Below are positions 50,101 to 64,000 of a stretch of DNA of 64,000 nucleotides, in pieces. The translations under genes were made by a program, and so were the position numbers. The notes below the pieces were generated by a model. It ran no database searches. It saw only the letters and a list, made by a program, of their open reading frames with translations, and had not been told where the DNA came from. The DNA is taken from the NCBI GenBank assembly GCA_965178125.1, contig OZ237735.1, positions 992,001 to 1,056,000 on the forward strand, written 5' to 3'. Each line of letters opens with the position of its first letter. Positions within the stretch are counted from its first letter, which is position 1. Origin of the DNA: Bilabrum cf. latius (Eukaryota).

Positions 50101-53100
50101 CGTTCGTTGATGCGCCCGACGCCACGCTCACCGCGCCCGATGACGCAGATGCCGCATCGCCAGACCGCACAGTCACCGTGCCCGTCACATCCACGTCAGA
50201 CACGCCCGACAGCACGCTCACGCCGCCAGATGCAGCCGACACCGCCGCGCCCGAGCCCACAGTCACCACGCCAGACACCGCGTTCGTTGATGCGCCCGAC
50301 GCCACGCTCACCGCGCCCGATGACGCGGATGCCGCATCGCCAGACCGCACAGTCACCGCGCCCGTCACATCCTTGTCAGACACGCCCGACAGCACGCTCA
50401 CGCCGCCAGATGCAGCCGACACCGCCGCGCCCGAGCCCACAGTCACCACGCCAGACACCGCGTTCGTCGATGCGCCCGACGCCACGCTCACCGCGCCCGA
50501 TGACGCGGATGCCGCATCGCCAGACCGCACAGTCACCGTGCCCGTCACATCCACGTCGGACGTGCCAGAGCCCACAGTCACCGCGCCCGACGAGTCAAGC
50601 GACGAAGACCCAGACAGCACGCTCACGCCGCCAGATGCAGCCGACACCGCCGCGCCCGAGCCCACAGTCACCACGCCAGACACCGCGTTCGTTGATGCGC
50701 CCGACGCCACGCTCACCGCGCCCGATGACGCGGATGCCGCATCGCCAGACCGCACAGTCACCGTGCCCGTCACATCCTTGTCAGACACGCCCGACAGCAC
50801 GCTCACGCCGCCAGATGCAGCCGACACCGCCGCGCCCGAGCCCACAGTCACCACGCCAGACACCGCGTTCGTCGATGCGCCCGACGCCACGCTCACCGCG
50901 CCCGATGACGCGGATGCCGCATCGCCAGACCGCACAGTCACCGTGCCCGTCACATCCTTGTCAGACACGCCCGACAGCACGCTCACGCCGCCAGATGCAG
51001 CCGACACCGCCGCGCCCGAGCCCACAGTCACCACGCCAGACACCGCGTTCGTCGATGCGCCCGACGCCACGCTCACCGCGCCCGATGACGCGGATGCCGC
51101 ATCGCCAGACCGCACAGTCACCGCGCCCGTCACATCCACGTCGGACGTGCCAGAGCCCACAGTCACCGCGCCCGACGAGTCCAGCGACGAAGACCCAGAC
51201 AGCACGCTCACGCCGCCAGATGCAGCCGACACCGCCGCGCCCGAGCCCACAGTCACCACGCCAGACACCGCGTTCGTCGATGCGCCCGACGCCACGCTCA
51301 CCGCGCCCGATGACGCGGATGCCGCATCGCCAGACCGCACAGTCACCGTGCCCGTCACATCCTTGTCAGACACGCCCGACAGCACGCTCACGCCGCCAGA
51401 TGCAGCCGACACCGCCGCGCCCGAGCCCACAGTCACCACGCCAGACACCGCGTTCGTCGATGCGCCCGACGCCACGCTCACCGCGCCCGATGACGCGGAT
51501 GCCGCATCGCCAGACCGCACAGTCACCGCTCCCGTCACATCCACGTCGGACGTGCCAGAGCCCACAGTCACCGCGCCCGACGAGTCCAGCGACGAAGACC
51601 CAGACAGCACGCTCACGCCGCCAGATGCAGCCGACACCGCCGCGCCCGAGCCCACAGTCACCACGCCAGACACCGCGTTCGTCGATGCGCCCGACGCCAC
51701 GCTCACCGCGCCCGATGACGCGGATGCCGCATCGCCAGACCGCACAGTCACCGTGCCCGTCACATCCTTGTCAGACACGCCCGACAGCACGCTCACGCCG
51801 CCAGATGCAGCCGACACCGCCGCGCCCGAGCCCACAGTCACCACGCCAGACACCGCGTTCGTCGATGCGCCCGACGCCACGCTCACCGCGCCCGATGACG
51901 CGGATGCCGCATCGCCAGACCGCACAGTCACCGCGCCCGTCACATCCTTGTCAGACACGCCCGACAGCACGCTCACGCCGCCAGATGCAGCCGACACCGC
52001 CGCGCCCGAGCCCACAGTCACCACGCCAGACACCGCGTTCGTCGATGCGCCCGACGCCACGCTCACCGCGCCCGATGACGCGGATGCCGCATCGCCAGAC
52101 CGCACAGTCACCGTGCCCGTCACATCCACGTCGGACGTGCCAGAGCCCACAGTCACCGCGCCCGACGAGTCAAGCGACGAAGACCCAGACAGCACGCTCA
52201 CGCCGCCAGATGCAGCCGACACCGCCGCGCCCGAGCCCACAGTCACCACGCCAGACACCGCGTTCGTTGATGCGCCCGACGCCACGCTCACCGCGCCCGA
52301 TGACGCGGATGCCGCATCGCCGGACCGCACAGTCACCGTGCCCGTCACATCCTTGTCAGACACGCCCGACAGCACGCTCACGCCGCCAGATGCAGCCGAC
52401 ACCGCCGCGCCCGAGCCCACAGTCACCACGCCAGACACCGCGTTCGTCGATGCGCCCGACGCCACGCTCACCGCGCCCGATGACGCGGATGCCGCATCGC
52501 CAGACCGCACAGTCACCGCGCCCGTCACATCCACGTCGGACGTGCCAGAGCCCACAGTCACCGCGCCCGACGAGTCCAGCGACGAAGACCCAGACAGCAC
52601 GCTCACGCCGCCAGATGCAGCCGACACCGCCGCGCCCGAGCCCACAGTCACCACGCCAGACACCGCGTTCGTCGATGCGCCCGACGCCACGCTCACCGCG
52701 CCCGATGACGCAGATGCCGCATCGCCAGACCGCACAGTCACCGTGCCCGTCACATCCTTGTCAGACACGCCCGACAGCACGCTCACGCCGCCAGATGCAG
52801 CCGACACCGCCGCGCCCGAGCCCACAGTCACCACGCCAGACACCGCGTTCGTCGATGCGCCCGACGCCACGCTCACCGCGCCCGATGACGCAGATGCCGC
52901 ATCGCCAGACCGCACAGTCACCGTGCCCGTCACATCCTTGTCAGACACGCCCGACAGCACGCTCACGCCGCCAGATGCAGCCGACACCGCCGCGCCCGAG
53001 CCCACAGTCACCACGCCAGACACCGCGTTCGTTGATGCGCCCGACGCCACGCTCACCGCGCCCGATGACGCGGATGCCGCATCGCCAGACCGCACAGTCA

Positions 53101-56100
53101 CCGCGCCCGTCACATCCTTGTCAGACACGCCCGACAGCACGCTCACGCCGCCAGATGCAGCCGACACCGCCGCGCCCGAGCCCACAGTCACCACGCCAGA
53201 CACCGCGTTCGTTGATGCGCCCGACGCCACGCTCACCGCGCCCGATGACGCAGATGCCGCATCGCCAGACCGCACAGTCACCGTGCCCGTCACATCCACG
53301 TCAGACACGCCCGACAGCACGCTCACGCCGCCAGATGCAGCCGACACCGCCGCGCCCGAGCCCACAGTCACCACGCCAGACACCGCGTTCGTTGATGCGC
53401 CCGACGCCACGCTCACCGCGCCCGATGACGCGGATGCCGCATCGCCAGACCGCACAGTCACCGCGCCCGTCACATCCTTGTCAGACACGCCCGACAGCAC
53501 GCTCACGCCGCCAGATGCAGCCGACACCGCCGCGCCCGAGCCCACAGTCACCACGCCAGACACCGCGTTCGTCGATGCGCCCGACGCCACGCTCACCGCG
53601 CCCGATGACGCGGATGCCGCATCGCCAGACCGCACAGTCACCGTGCCCGTCACATCCACGTCGGACGTGCCAGAGCCCACAGTCACCGCGCCCGACGAGT
53701 CAAGCGACGAAGACCCAGACAGCACGCTCACGCCGCCAGATGCAGCCGACACCGCCGCGCCCGAGCCCACAGTCACCACGCCAGACACCGCGTTCGTTGA
53801 TGCGCCCGACGCCACGCTCACCGCGCCCGATGACGCGGATGCCGCATCGCCAGACCGCACAGTCACCGTGCCCGTCACATCCTTGTCAGACACGCCCGAC
53901 AGCACGCTCACGCCGCCAGATGCAGCCGACACCGCCGCGCCCGAGCCCACAGTCACCACGCCAGACACCGCGTTCGTCGATGCGCCCGACGCCACGCTCA
54001 CCGCGCCCGATGACGCGGATGCCGCATCGCCAGACCGCACAGTCACCGTGCCCGTCACATCCTTGTCAGACACGCCCGACAGCACGCTCACGCCGCCAGA
54101 TGCAGCCGACACCGCCGCGCCCGAGCCCACAGTCACCACGCCAGACACCGCGTTCGTCGATGCGCCCGACGCCACGCTCACCGCGCCCGATGACGCGGAT
54201 GCCGCATCGCCAGACCGCACAGTCACCGCGCCCGTCACATCCACGTCGGACGTGCCAGAGCCCACAGTCACCGCGCCCGACGAGTCCAGCGACGAAGACC
54301 CAGACAGCACGCTCACGCCGCCAGATGCAGCCGACACCGCCGCGCCCGAGCCCACAGTCACCACGCCAGACACCGCGTTCGTCGATGCGCCCGACGCCAC
54401 GCTCACCGCGCCCGATGACGCGGATGCCGCATCGCCAGACCGCACAGTCACCGTGCCCGTCACATCCTTGTCAGACACGCCCGACAGCACGCTCACGCCG
54501 CCAGATGCAGCCGACACCGCCGCGCCCGAGCCCACAGTCACCACGCCAGACACCGCGTTCGTCGATGCGCCCGACGCCACGCTCACCGCGCCCGATGACG
54601 CGGATGCCGCATCGCCAGACCGCACAGTCACCGCGCCCGTCACATCCACGTCGGACGTGCCAGAGCCCACAGTCACCGCGCCCGACGAGTCCAGCGACGA
54701 AGACCCAGACAGCACGCTCACGCCGCCAGATGCAGCCGACACCGCCGCGCCCGAGCCCACAGTCACCACGCCAGACACCGCGTTCGTCGATGCGCCCGAC
54801 GCCACGCTCACCGCGCCCGATGACGCGGATGCCGCATCGCCAGACCGCACAGTCACCGTGCCCGTCACATCCTTGTCAGACACGCCCGACAGCACGCTCA
54901 CGCCGCCAGATGCAGCCGACACCGCCGCGCCCGAGCCCACAGTCACCACGCCAGACACCGCGTTCGTCGATGCGCCCGACGCCACGCTCACCGCGCCCGA
55001 TGACGCGGATGCCGCATCGCCAGACCGCACAGTCACCGCGCCCGTCACATCCTTGTCAGACACGCCCGACAGCACGCTCACGCCGCCAGATGCAGCCGAC
55101 ACCGCCGCGCCCGAGCCCACAGTCACCACGCCAGACACCGCGTTCGTCGATGCGCCCGACGCCACGCTCACCGCGCCCGATGACGCGGATGCCGCATCGC
55201 CAGACCGCACAGTCACCGTGCCCGTCACATCCACGTCGGACGTGCCAGAGCCCACAGTCACCGCGCCCGACGAGTCAAGCGACGAAGACCCAGACAGCAC
55301 GCTCACGCCGCCAGATGCAGCCGACACCGCCGCGCCCGAGCCCACAGTCACCACGCCAGACACCGCGTTCGTTGATGCGCCCGACGCCACGCTCACCGCG
55401 CCCGATGACGCGGATGCCGCATCGCCGGACCGCACAGTCACCGTGCCCGTCACATCCTTGTCAGACACGCCCGACAGCACGCTCACGCCGCCAGATGCAG
55501 CCGACACCGCCGCGCCCGAGCCCACAGTCACCACGCCAGACACCGCGTTCGTCGATGCGCCCGACGCCACGCTCACCGCGCCCGATGACGCGGATGCCGC
55601 ATCGCCAGACCGCACAGTCACCGTGCCCGTCACATCCTTGTCAGACACGCCCGACAGCACGCTCACGCCGCCAGATGCAGCCGACACCGCCGCGCCCGAG
55701 CCCACAGTCACCACGCCAGACACCGCGTTCGTTGATGCGCCCGACGCCACGCTCACCGCGCCCGATGACGCGGATGCCGCATCGCCAGACCGCACAGTCA
55801 CCGCGCCCGTCACATCCTTGTCAGACACGCCCGACAGCACGCTCACGCCGCCAGATGCAGCCGACACCGCCGCGCCCGAGCCCACAGTCACCACGCCAGA
55901 CACCGCGTTCGTTGATGCGCCCGACGCCACGCTCACCGCGCCCGATGACGCAGATGCCGCATCGCCAGACCGCACAGTCACCGTGCCCGTCACATCCACG
56001 TCGGACGTGCCAGAGCCCACAGTCACCGCGCCCGACGAGTCAAGCGACGAAGACCCAGACAGCACGCTCACGCCGCCAGATGCAGCCGACACCGCCGCGC

Positions 56101-59100
56101 CCGAGCCCACAGTCACCACGCCAGACACCGCGTTCGTCGATGCGCCCGACGCCACGCTCACCGCGCCCGATGACGCGGATGCCGCATCGCCAGACCGCAC
56201 AGTCACCGTGCCCGTCACATCCTTGTCAGACACGCCCGACAGCACGCTCACGCCGCCAGATGCAGCCGACACCGCCGCGCCCGAGCCCACAGTCACCGCG
56301 CCAGACACCGCGTTCGTCGATGCGCCCGACGCCACGCTCACCGCGCCCGATGACGCAGATGCCGCATCGCCAGACCGCACAGTCACCGTGCCCGTCACAT
56401 CCTTGTCAGACACGCCCGACAGCACGCTCACGCCGCCAGATGCAGCCGACACCGCCGCGCCCGAGCCCACAGTCACCACGCCAGACACCGCGTTCGTCGA
56501 TGCGCCCGACGCCACGCTCACCGCGCCCGATGACGCGGATGCCGCATCGCCAGACCGCACAGTCACCGCGCCCGTCACATCCACGTCGGACGTGCCAGAG
56601 CCCACAGTCACCGCGCCCGACGAGTCCAGCGACGAAGACCCAGACAGCACGCTCACGCCGCCAGATGCAGCCGACACCGCCGCGCCCGAGCCCACAGTCA
56701 CCACGCCAGACACCGCGTTCGTCGATGCGCCCGACGCCACGCTCACCGCGCCCGATGACGCAGATGCCGCATCGCCAGACCGCACAGTCACCGTGCCCGT
56801 CACATCCTTGTCAGACACGCCCGACAGCACGCTCACGCCGCCAGATGCAGCCGACACCGCCGCGCCCGAGCCCACAGTCACCACGCCAGACACCGCGTTC
56901 GTCGATGCGCCCGACGCCACGCTCACCGCGCCCGATGACGCAGATGCCGCATCGCCAGACCGCACAGTCACCGTGCCCGTCACATCCTTGTCAGACACGC
57001 CCGACAGCACGTTCACGCCGCCAGATGCAGCCGACACCGCCGCGCCCGAGCCCACAGTCACCACGCCAGACACCGCGTTCGTTGATGCGCCCGACGCCAC
57101 GCTCACCGCGCCCGATGACGCGGATGCCGCATCGCCAGACCGCACAGTCACCGCGCCCGTCACATCCTTGTCAGACACGCCCGACAGCACGCTCACGCCG
57201 CCAGATGCAGCCGACACCGCCGCGCCCGAGCCCACAGTCACCACGCCAGACACCGCGTTCGTTGATGCGCCCGACGCCACGCTCACCGCGCCCGATGACG
57301 CAGATGCCGCATCGCCAGACCGCACAGTCACCGCGCCCGTCACATCCTTGTCAGACACGCCCGACAGCACGCTCACGCCGCCAGATGCAGCCGACACCGC
57401 CGCGCCCGAGCCCACAGTCACCACGCCAGACACCGCGTTCGTTGATGCGCCCGACGCCACGCTCACCGCGCCCGATGACGCGGATGCCGCATCGCCAGAC
57501 CGCACAGTCACCGCGCCCGTCACATCCTTGTCAGACACGCCCGACAGCACGCTCACGCCGCCAGATGCAGCCGACACCGCCGCGCCCGAGCCCACAGTCA
57601 CCACGCCAGACACCGCGTTCGTCGATGCGCCCGACGCCACGCTCACCGCGCCCGATGACGCGGATGCCGCATCGCCAGACCGCACAGTCACCGTGCCCGT
57701 CACATCCACGTCGGACGTGCCAGAGCCCACAGTCACCGCGCCCGACGAGTCAAGCGACGAAGACCCAGACAGCACGCTCACGCCGCCAGATGCAGCCGAC
57801 ACCGCCGCGCCCGAGCCCACAGTCACCACGCCAGACACCGCGTTCGTCGATGCGCCCGACGCCACGCTCACCGCGCCCGATGACGCGGATGCCGCATCGC
57901 CAGACCGCACAGTCACCGTGCCCGTCACATCCTTGTCAGACACGCCCGACAGCACGCTCACGCCGCCAGATGCAGCCGACACCGCCGCGCCCGAGCCCAC
58001 AGTCACCACGCCAGACACCGCGTTCGTCGATGCGCCCGACGCCACGCTCACCGCGCCCGATGACGCGGATGCCGCATCGCCAGACCGCACAGTCACCGTG
58101 CCCGTCACATCCTTGTCAGACACGCCCGACAGCACGCTCACGCCGCCAGATGCAGCCGACACCGCCGCGCCCGAGCCCACAGTCACCACGCCAGACACCG
58201 CGTTCGTCGATGCGCCCGACGCCACGCTCACCGCGCCCGATGACGCGGATGCCGCATCGCCAGACCGCACAGTCACCGCGCCCGTCACATCCACGTCGGA
58301 CGTGCCAGAGCCCACAGTCACCGCGCCCGACGAGTCCAGCGACGAAGACCCAGACAGCACGCTCACGCCGCCAGATGCAGCCGACACCGCCGCGCCCGAG
58401 CCCACAGTCACCACGCCAGACACCGCGTTCGTCGATGCGCCCGACGCCACGCTCACCGCGCCCGATGACGCGGATGCCGCATCGCCAGACCGCACAGTCA
58501 CCGTGCCCGTCACATCCACGTCGGACGTGCCAGAGCCCACAGTCACCGCGCCCGACGAGTCAAGCGACGAAGACCCAGACAGCACGCTCACGCCGCCAGA
58601 TGCAGCCGACACCGCCGCGCCCGAGCCCACAGTCACCACGCCAGACACCGCGTTCGTCGATGCGCCCGACGCCACGCTCACCGCGCCCGATGACGCGGAT
58701 GCCGCATCGCCAGACCGCACAGTCACCGTGCCCGTCACATCCTTGTCAGACACGCCCGACAGCACGCTCACGCCGCCAGATGCAGCCGACACCGCCGCGC
58801 CCGAGCCCACAGTCACCACGCCAGACACCGCGTTCGTCGATGCGCCCGACGCCACGCTCACCGCGCCCGATGACGCGGATGCCGCATCGCCAGACCGCAC
58901 AGTCACCGTGCCCGTCACATCCTTGTCAGACACGCCCGACAGCACGCTCACGCCGCCAGATGCAGCCGACACCGCCGCGCCCGAGCCCACAGTCACCACG
59001 CCAGACACCGCGTTCGTCGATGCGCCCGACGCCACGCTCACCGCGCCCGATGACGCGGATGCCGCATCGCCAGACCGCACAGTCACCGCGCCCGTCACAT

Positions 59101-62100
59101 CCACGTCGGACGTGCCAGAGCCCACAGTCACCGCGCCCGACGAGTCCAGCGACGAAGACCCAGACAGCACGCTCACGCCGCCAGATGCAGCCGACACCGC
59201 CGCGCCCGAGCCCACAGTCACCACGCCAGACACCGCGTTCGTCGATGCGCCCGACGCCACGCTCACCGCGCCCGATGACGCAGATGCCGCATCGCCAGAC
59301 CGCACAGTCACCGTGCCCGTCACATCCTTGTCAGACACGCCCGACAGCACGCTCACGCCGCCAGATGCAGCCGACACCGCCGCGCCCGAGCCCACAGTCA
59401 CCACGCCAGACACCGCGTTCGTTGATGCGCCCGACGCCACGCTCACCGCGCCCGATGACGCGGATGCCGCATCGCCAGACCGCACAGTCACCGCGCCCGT
59501 CACATCCTTGTCAGACACGCCCGACAGCACGCTCACGCCGCCAGATGCAGCCGACACCGCCGCGCCCGAGCCCACAGTCACCACGCCAGACACCGCGTTC
59601 GTTGATGCGCCCGACGCCACGCTCACCGCGCCCGATGACGCGGATGCCGCATCGCCAGACCGCACAGTCACCGCGCCCGTCACATCCTTGTCAGACACGC
59701 CCGACAGCACGCTCACGCCGCCAGATGCAGCCGACACCGCCGCGCCCGAGCCCACAGTCACCACGCCAGACACCGCGTTCGTTGATGCGCCCGACGCCAC
59801 GCTCACCGCGCCCGATGACGCGGATGCCGCATCGCCAGACCGCACAGTCACCGCGCCCGTCACATCCTTGTCAGACACGCCCGACAGCACGCTCACGCCG
59901 CCAGATGCAGCCGACACCGCCGCGCCCGAGCCCACAGTCACCACGCCAGACACCGCGTTCGTCGATGCGCCCGACGCCACGCTCACCGCGCCCGATGACG
60001 CGGATGCCGCATCGCCAGACCGCACAGTCACCGTGCCCGTCACATCCACGTCGGACGTGCCAGAGCCCACAGTCACCGCGCCCGACGAGTCAAGCGACGA
60101 AGACCCAGACAGCACGCTCACGCCGCCAGATGCAGCCGACACCGCCGCGCCCGAGCCCACAGTCACCACGCCAGACACCGCGTTCGTCGATGCGCCCGAC
60201 GCCACGCTCACCGCGCCCGATGACGCAGATGCCGCATCGCCAGACCGCACAGTCACCGTGCCCGTCACATCCTTGTCAGACACGCCCGACAGCACGCTCA
60301 CGCCGCCAGATGCAGCCGACACCGCCGCGCCCGAGCCCACAGTCACCACGCCAGACACCGCGTTCGTCGATGCGCCCGACGCCACGCTCACCGCGCCCGA
60401 TGACGCGGATGCCGCATCGCCAGACCGCACAGTCACCGCGCCCGTCACATCCACGTCGGACGTGCCAGAGCCCACAGTCACCGTGCCCGACGAGTCCAGC
60501 GACGAAGACCCAGACAGCACGCTCACGCCGCCAGATGCAGCCGACACCGCCGCGCCCGAGCCCACAGTCACCACGCCAGACACCGCGTTCGTCGATGCGC
60601 CCGACGCCACGCTCACCGCGCCCGATGACGCTGATGCCGCATCGCCAGACCGCACAGTCACCGTGCCCGTCACATCCTTGTCAGACACGCCCGACAGCAC
60701 GCTCACGCCGCCAGATGCAGCCGACACCGCCGCGCCCGAGCCCACAGTCACCACGCCAGACACCGCGTTCGTCGATGCGCCCGACGCCACGCTCACCGCG
60801 CCCGATGACGCGGATGCCGCATCGCCAGACCGCACAGTCACCGCGCCCGTCACATCCACGTCGGACGTGCCAGAGCCCACAGTCACCGCGCCCGACGAGT
60901 CCAGCGACGAAGACCCAGACAGCACGCTCACGCCGCCAGATGCAGCCGACACCGCCGCGCCCGAGCCCACAGTCACCACGCCAGACACCGCGTTCGTCGA
61001 TGCGCCCGACGCCACGCTCACCGCGCCCGATGACGCGGATGCCGCATCGCCAGACCGCACAGTCACCGTGCCCGTCACATCCTTGTCAGACACGCCCGAC
61101 AGCACGCTCACGCCGCCAGATGCAGCCGACACCGCCGCGCCCGAGCCCACAGTCACCACGCCAGACACCGCGTTCGTCGATGCGCCCGACGCCACGCTCA
61201 CCGCGCCCGATGACGCAGATGCCGCATCGCCAGACCGCACAGTCACCGTGCCCGTCACATCCTTGTCAGACACGCCCGACAGCACGCTCACGCCGCCAGA
61301 TGCAGCCGACACCGCCGCGCCCGAGCCCACAGTCACCACGCCAGACACCGCGTTCGTTGATGCGCCCGACGCCACGCTCACCGCGCCCGATGACGCGGAT
61401 GCCGCATCGCCAGACCGCACAGTCACCGCGCCCGTCACATCCTTGTCAGACACGCCCGACAGCACGCTCACGCCGCCAGATGCAGCCGACACCGCCGCGC
61501 CCGAGCCCACAGTCACCACGCCAGACACCGCGTTCGTCGATGCGCCCGACGCCACGCTCACCGCGCCCGATGACGCCGATGCCGCATCGCCAGACCGCAC
61601 AGTCACCGTGCCCGTCACATCCACGTCGGACGTGCCAGAGCCCACAGTCACCGCGCCCGACGAGTCCAGCGACGAAGACCCAGACAGCACGCTCACGCCG
61701 CCAGATGCAGCCGACACCGCCGCGCCCGAGCCCACAGTCACCACGCCAGACACCGCGTTCGTCGATGCGCCCGACGCCACGCTCACCGCGCCCGATGACG
61801 CGGATGCCGCATCGCCAGACCGCACAGTCACCGCGCCCGTCACATCCTTGTCAGACACGCCCGACAGCACGCTCACGCCGCCAGATGCAGCCGACACCGC
61901 CGCGCCCGAGCCCACAGTCACCACGCCAGACACCGCGTTCGTCGATGCGCCCGACGCCACGCTCACCGCGCCCGATGACGCCGATGCCGCATCGCCGGAC
62001 CGCACAGTCACCGTGCCCGTCACATCCACGTCGGACGTGCCAGAGCCCACAGTCACCGCGCCCGACGAGTCAAGCGACGAAGACCCAGACAGCACGCTCA

Positions 62101-64000
62101 CGCCGCCAGATGCAGCCGACACCGCCGCGCCCGAGCCCACAGTCACCACGCCAGACACCGCGTTCGTCGATGCGCCCGACGCCACGCTCACCGCGCCCGA
62201 TGACGCGGATGCCGCATCGCCAGACCGCACAGTCACCGCGCCCGTCACATCCTTGTCAGACACGCCCGACAGCACGCTCACGCCGCCAGATGCAGCCGAC
62301 ACCGCCGCGCCCGAGCCCACAGTCACCACGCCAGACACCGCGTTCGTCGATGCGCCCGACGCCACGCTCACCGCGCCCGATGACGCAGATGCCGCATCGC
62401 CAGACCGCACAGTCACCGCGCCCGTCACATCCACGTCGGACGTGCCAGAGCCCACAGTCACCGCGCCCGACGAGTCCAGCGACGAAGACCCAGACAGCAC
62501 GCTCACGCCGCCAGATGCAGCCGACACCGCCGCGCCCGAGCCCACAGTCACCACGCCAGACACCGCGTTCGTCGATGCGCCCGACGCCACGCTCACCGCG
62601 CCCGATGACGCGGATGCCGCATCGCCAGACCGCACAGTCACCGTGCCCGTCACATCCTTGTCAGACACGCCCGACAGCACGCTCACGCCGCCAGATGCAG
62701 CCGACACCGCCGCGCCCGAGCCCACAGTCACCACGCCAGACACCGCGTTCGTCGATGCGCCCGACGCCACGCTCACCGCGCCCGATGACGCGGATGCCGC
62801 ATCGCCAGACCGCACAGTCACCGTGCCCGTCACATCCTTGTCAGACACGCCCGACAGCACGCTCACGCCGCCAGATGCAGCCGACACCGCCGCGCCCGAG
62901 CCCACAGTCACCACGCCAGACACCGCGTTCGTCGATGCGCCCGACGCCACGCTCACCGCGCCCGATGACGCAGATGCCGCATCGCCAGACCGCACAGTCA
63001 CCGCGCCCGTCACATCCTTGTCAGACACGCCCGACAGCACGCTCACGCCGCCAGATGCAGCCGACACCGCCGCGCCCGAGCCCACAGTCACCACGCCAGA
63101 CACCGCGTTCGTCGATGCGCCCGACGCCACGCTCACCGCGCCCGATGACGCCGATGCCGCATCGCCAGACCGCACAGTCACCGCGCCCGTCACATCCACG
63201 TCGGACGTGCCAGAGCCCACAGTCACCGCGCCCGACGAGTCAAGCGACGAAGACCCAGACAGCACGCTCACGCCGCCAGATGCAGCCGACACCGCCGCGC
63301 CCGAGCCCACAGTCACCACGCCAGACACCGCGTTCGTCGATGCGCCCGACGCCACGCTCACCGCGCCCGATGACGCGGATGCCGCATCGCCAGACCGCAC
63401 AGTCACCGCGCCCGTCACATCCTTGTCAGACACGCCCGACAGCACGCTCACGCCGCCAGATGCAGCCGACACCGCCGCGCCCGAGCCCACAGTCACCACG
63501 CCAGACACCGCGTTCGTCGATGCGCCCGACGCCACGCTCACCGCGCCCGATGACGCGGATGCCGCATCGCCAGACCGCACAGTCACCGCGCCCGTCACAT
63601 CCTTGTCAGACACGCCCGACAGCACGCTCACGCCGCCAGATGCAGCCGACACCGCCGCGCCCGATCCCACAGTCACCACGCCAGACACCGCGTTCGTCGA
63701 TGCGCCCGACGCCACGCTCACCGCGCCCGATGACGCGGATGCCGCATCGCCAGACCGCACAGTCACCGTGCCCGTCACATCCACGTCGGACGTGCCAGAG
63801 CCCACAGTCACCGCGCCCGACGAGTCAAGCGACGAAGACCCAGACAGCACGCTCACGCCGCCAGATGCAGCCGACACCGCCGCGCCCGAGCCCACAGTCA
63901 CCACGCCAGACACCGCGTTCGTCGATGCGCCCGACGCCACGCTCACCGCGCCCGATGACGCGGATGCCGCATCGCCAGACCGCACAGTCACCGTGCCCGT
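44102..64000 (-). CDS. Giant (>6,600 aa, 5'-partial) Ser/Gly/Val/Ala repeat protein with a unique C-terminal domain
   Basis: The 6,428-aa ORF ends at TAG 44705, but the frame continues with degenerate repeats into ORF 44102..44596 and ends at TAA 44102-44104. It is open to the window end. Confidence 0.85.
44870..64000. repeat. ~19-kb coding tandem array of 180-bp and 225-bp modules built from 45-bp (15-aa) subunits
   Basis: Near-identical modules: 60 aa (...VSDKDVT...) and 75 aa (...SSSLDSSGAVTVGSGTSDVDVT...), irregularly interspersed. Few variants, many of them synonymous. Confidence 0.95.

Noticed and set aside
44870-64000. CRISPR array or non-coding satellite
   Set aside because: There are no unique spacers. 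All unit lengths are multiples of 45 bp, and the frame runs into a non-repetitive coding C-terminus.
1-64000. Suppressor tRNA(CUA), other RNA genes or mobile elements
   Set aside because: None recognisable by eye in this window; tRNAscan-SE, Infernal and repeat searches would be needed.

Overview
Gene-dense eukaryotic nuclear DNA with short GT-AG introns, probably from a flagellated protist; a stramenopile/bicosoecid-like origin is an inference only. The key observation is a non-standard nuclear genetic code: TAG is read as a sense codon, almost certainly Gln, while TAA and TGA remain stops. TAG sits at the invariant Gln61 of a Rac GTPase (DTAG*EDY) and at a conserved Gln of ZMYND10 (LNT*AH). 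Read this way, the fragmented ORF track collapses into about 14 intact genes: a partial unknown gene, a CaMKK/GRIK-like kinase with a PH domain, an OCRL/INPP5B 5-phosphatase, a 3,380-aa degenerate myosin-like protein, a 2,200-aa membrane hybrid histidine kinase, a small hypothetical gene, BCAT, a GDP-fucose transporter, Rac, a tandem-PstS/Cys-rich/multi-TM receptor-like protein, ZMYND10 lacking its MYND finger, POLD3, cardiolipin synthase, and a >6,600-aa protein made of 15-aa Ser/Gly/Val/Ala repeats that runs off the window end.
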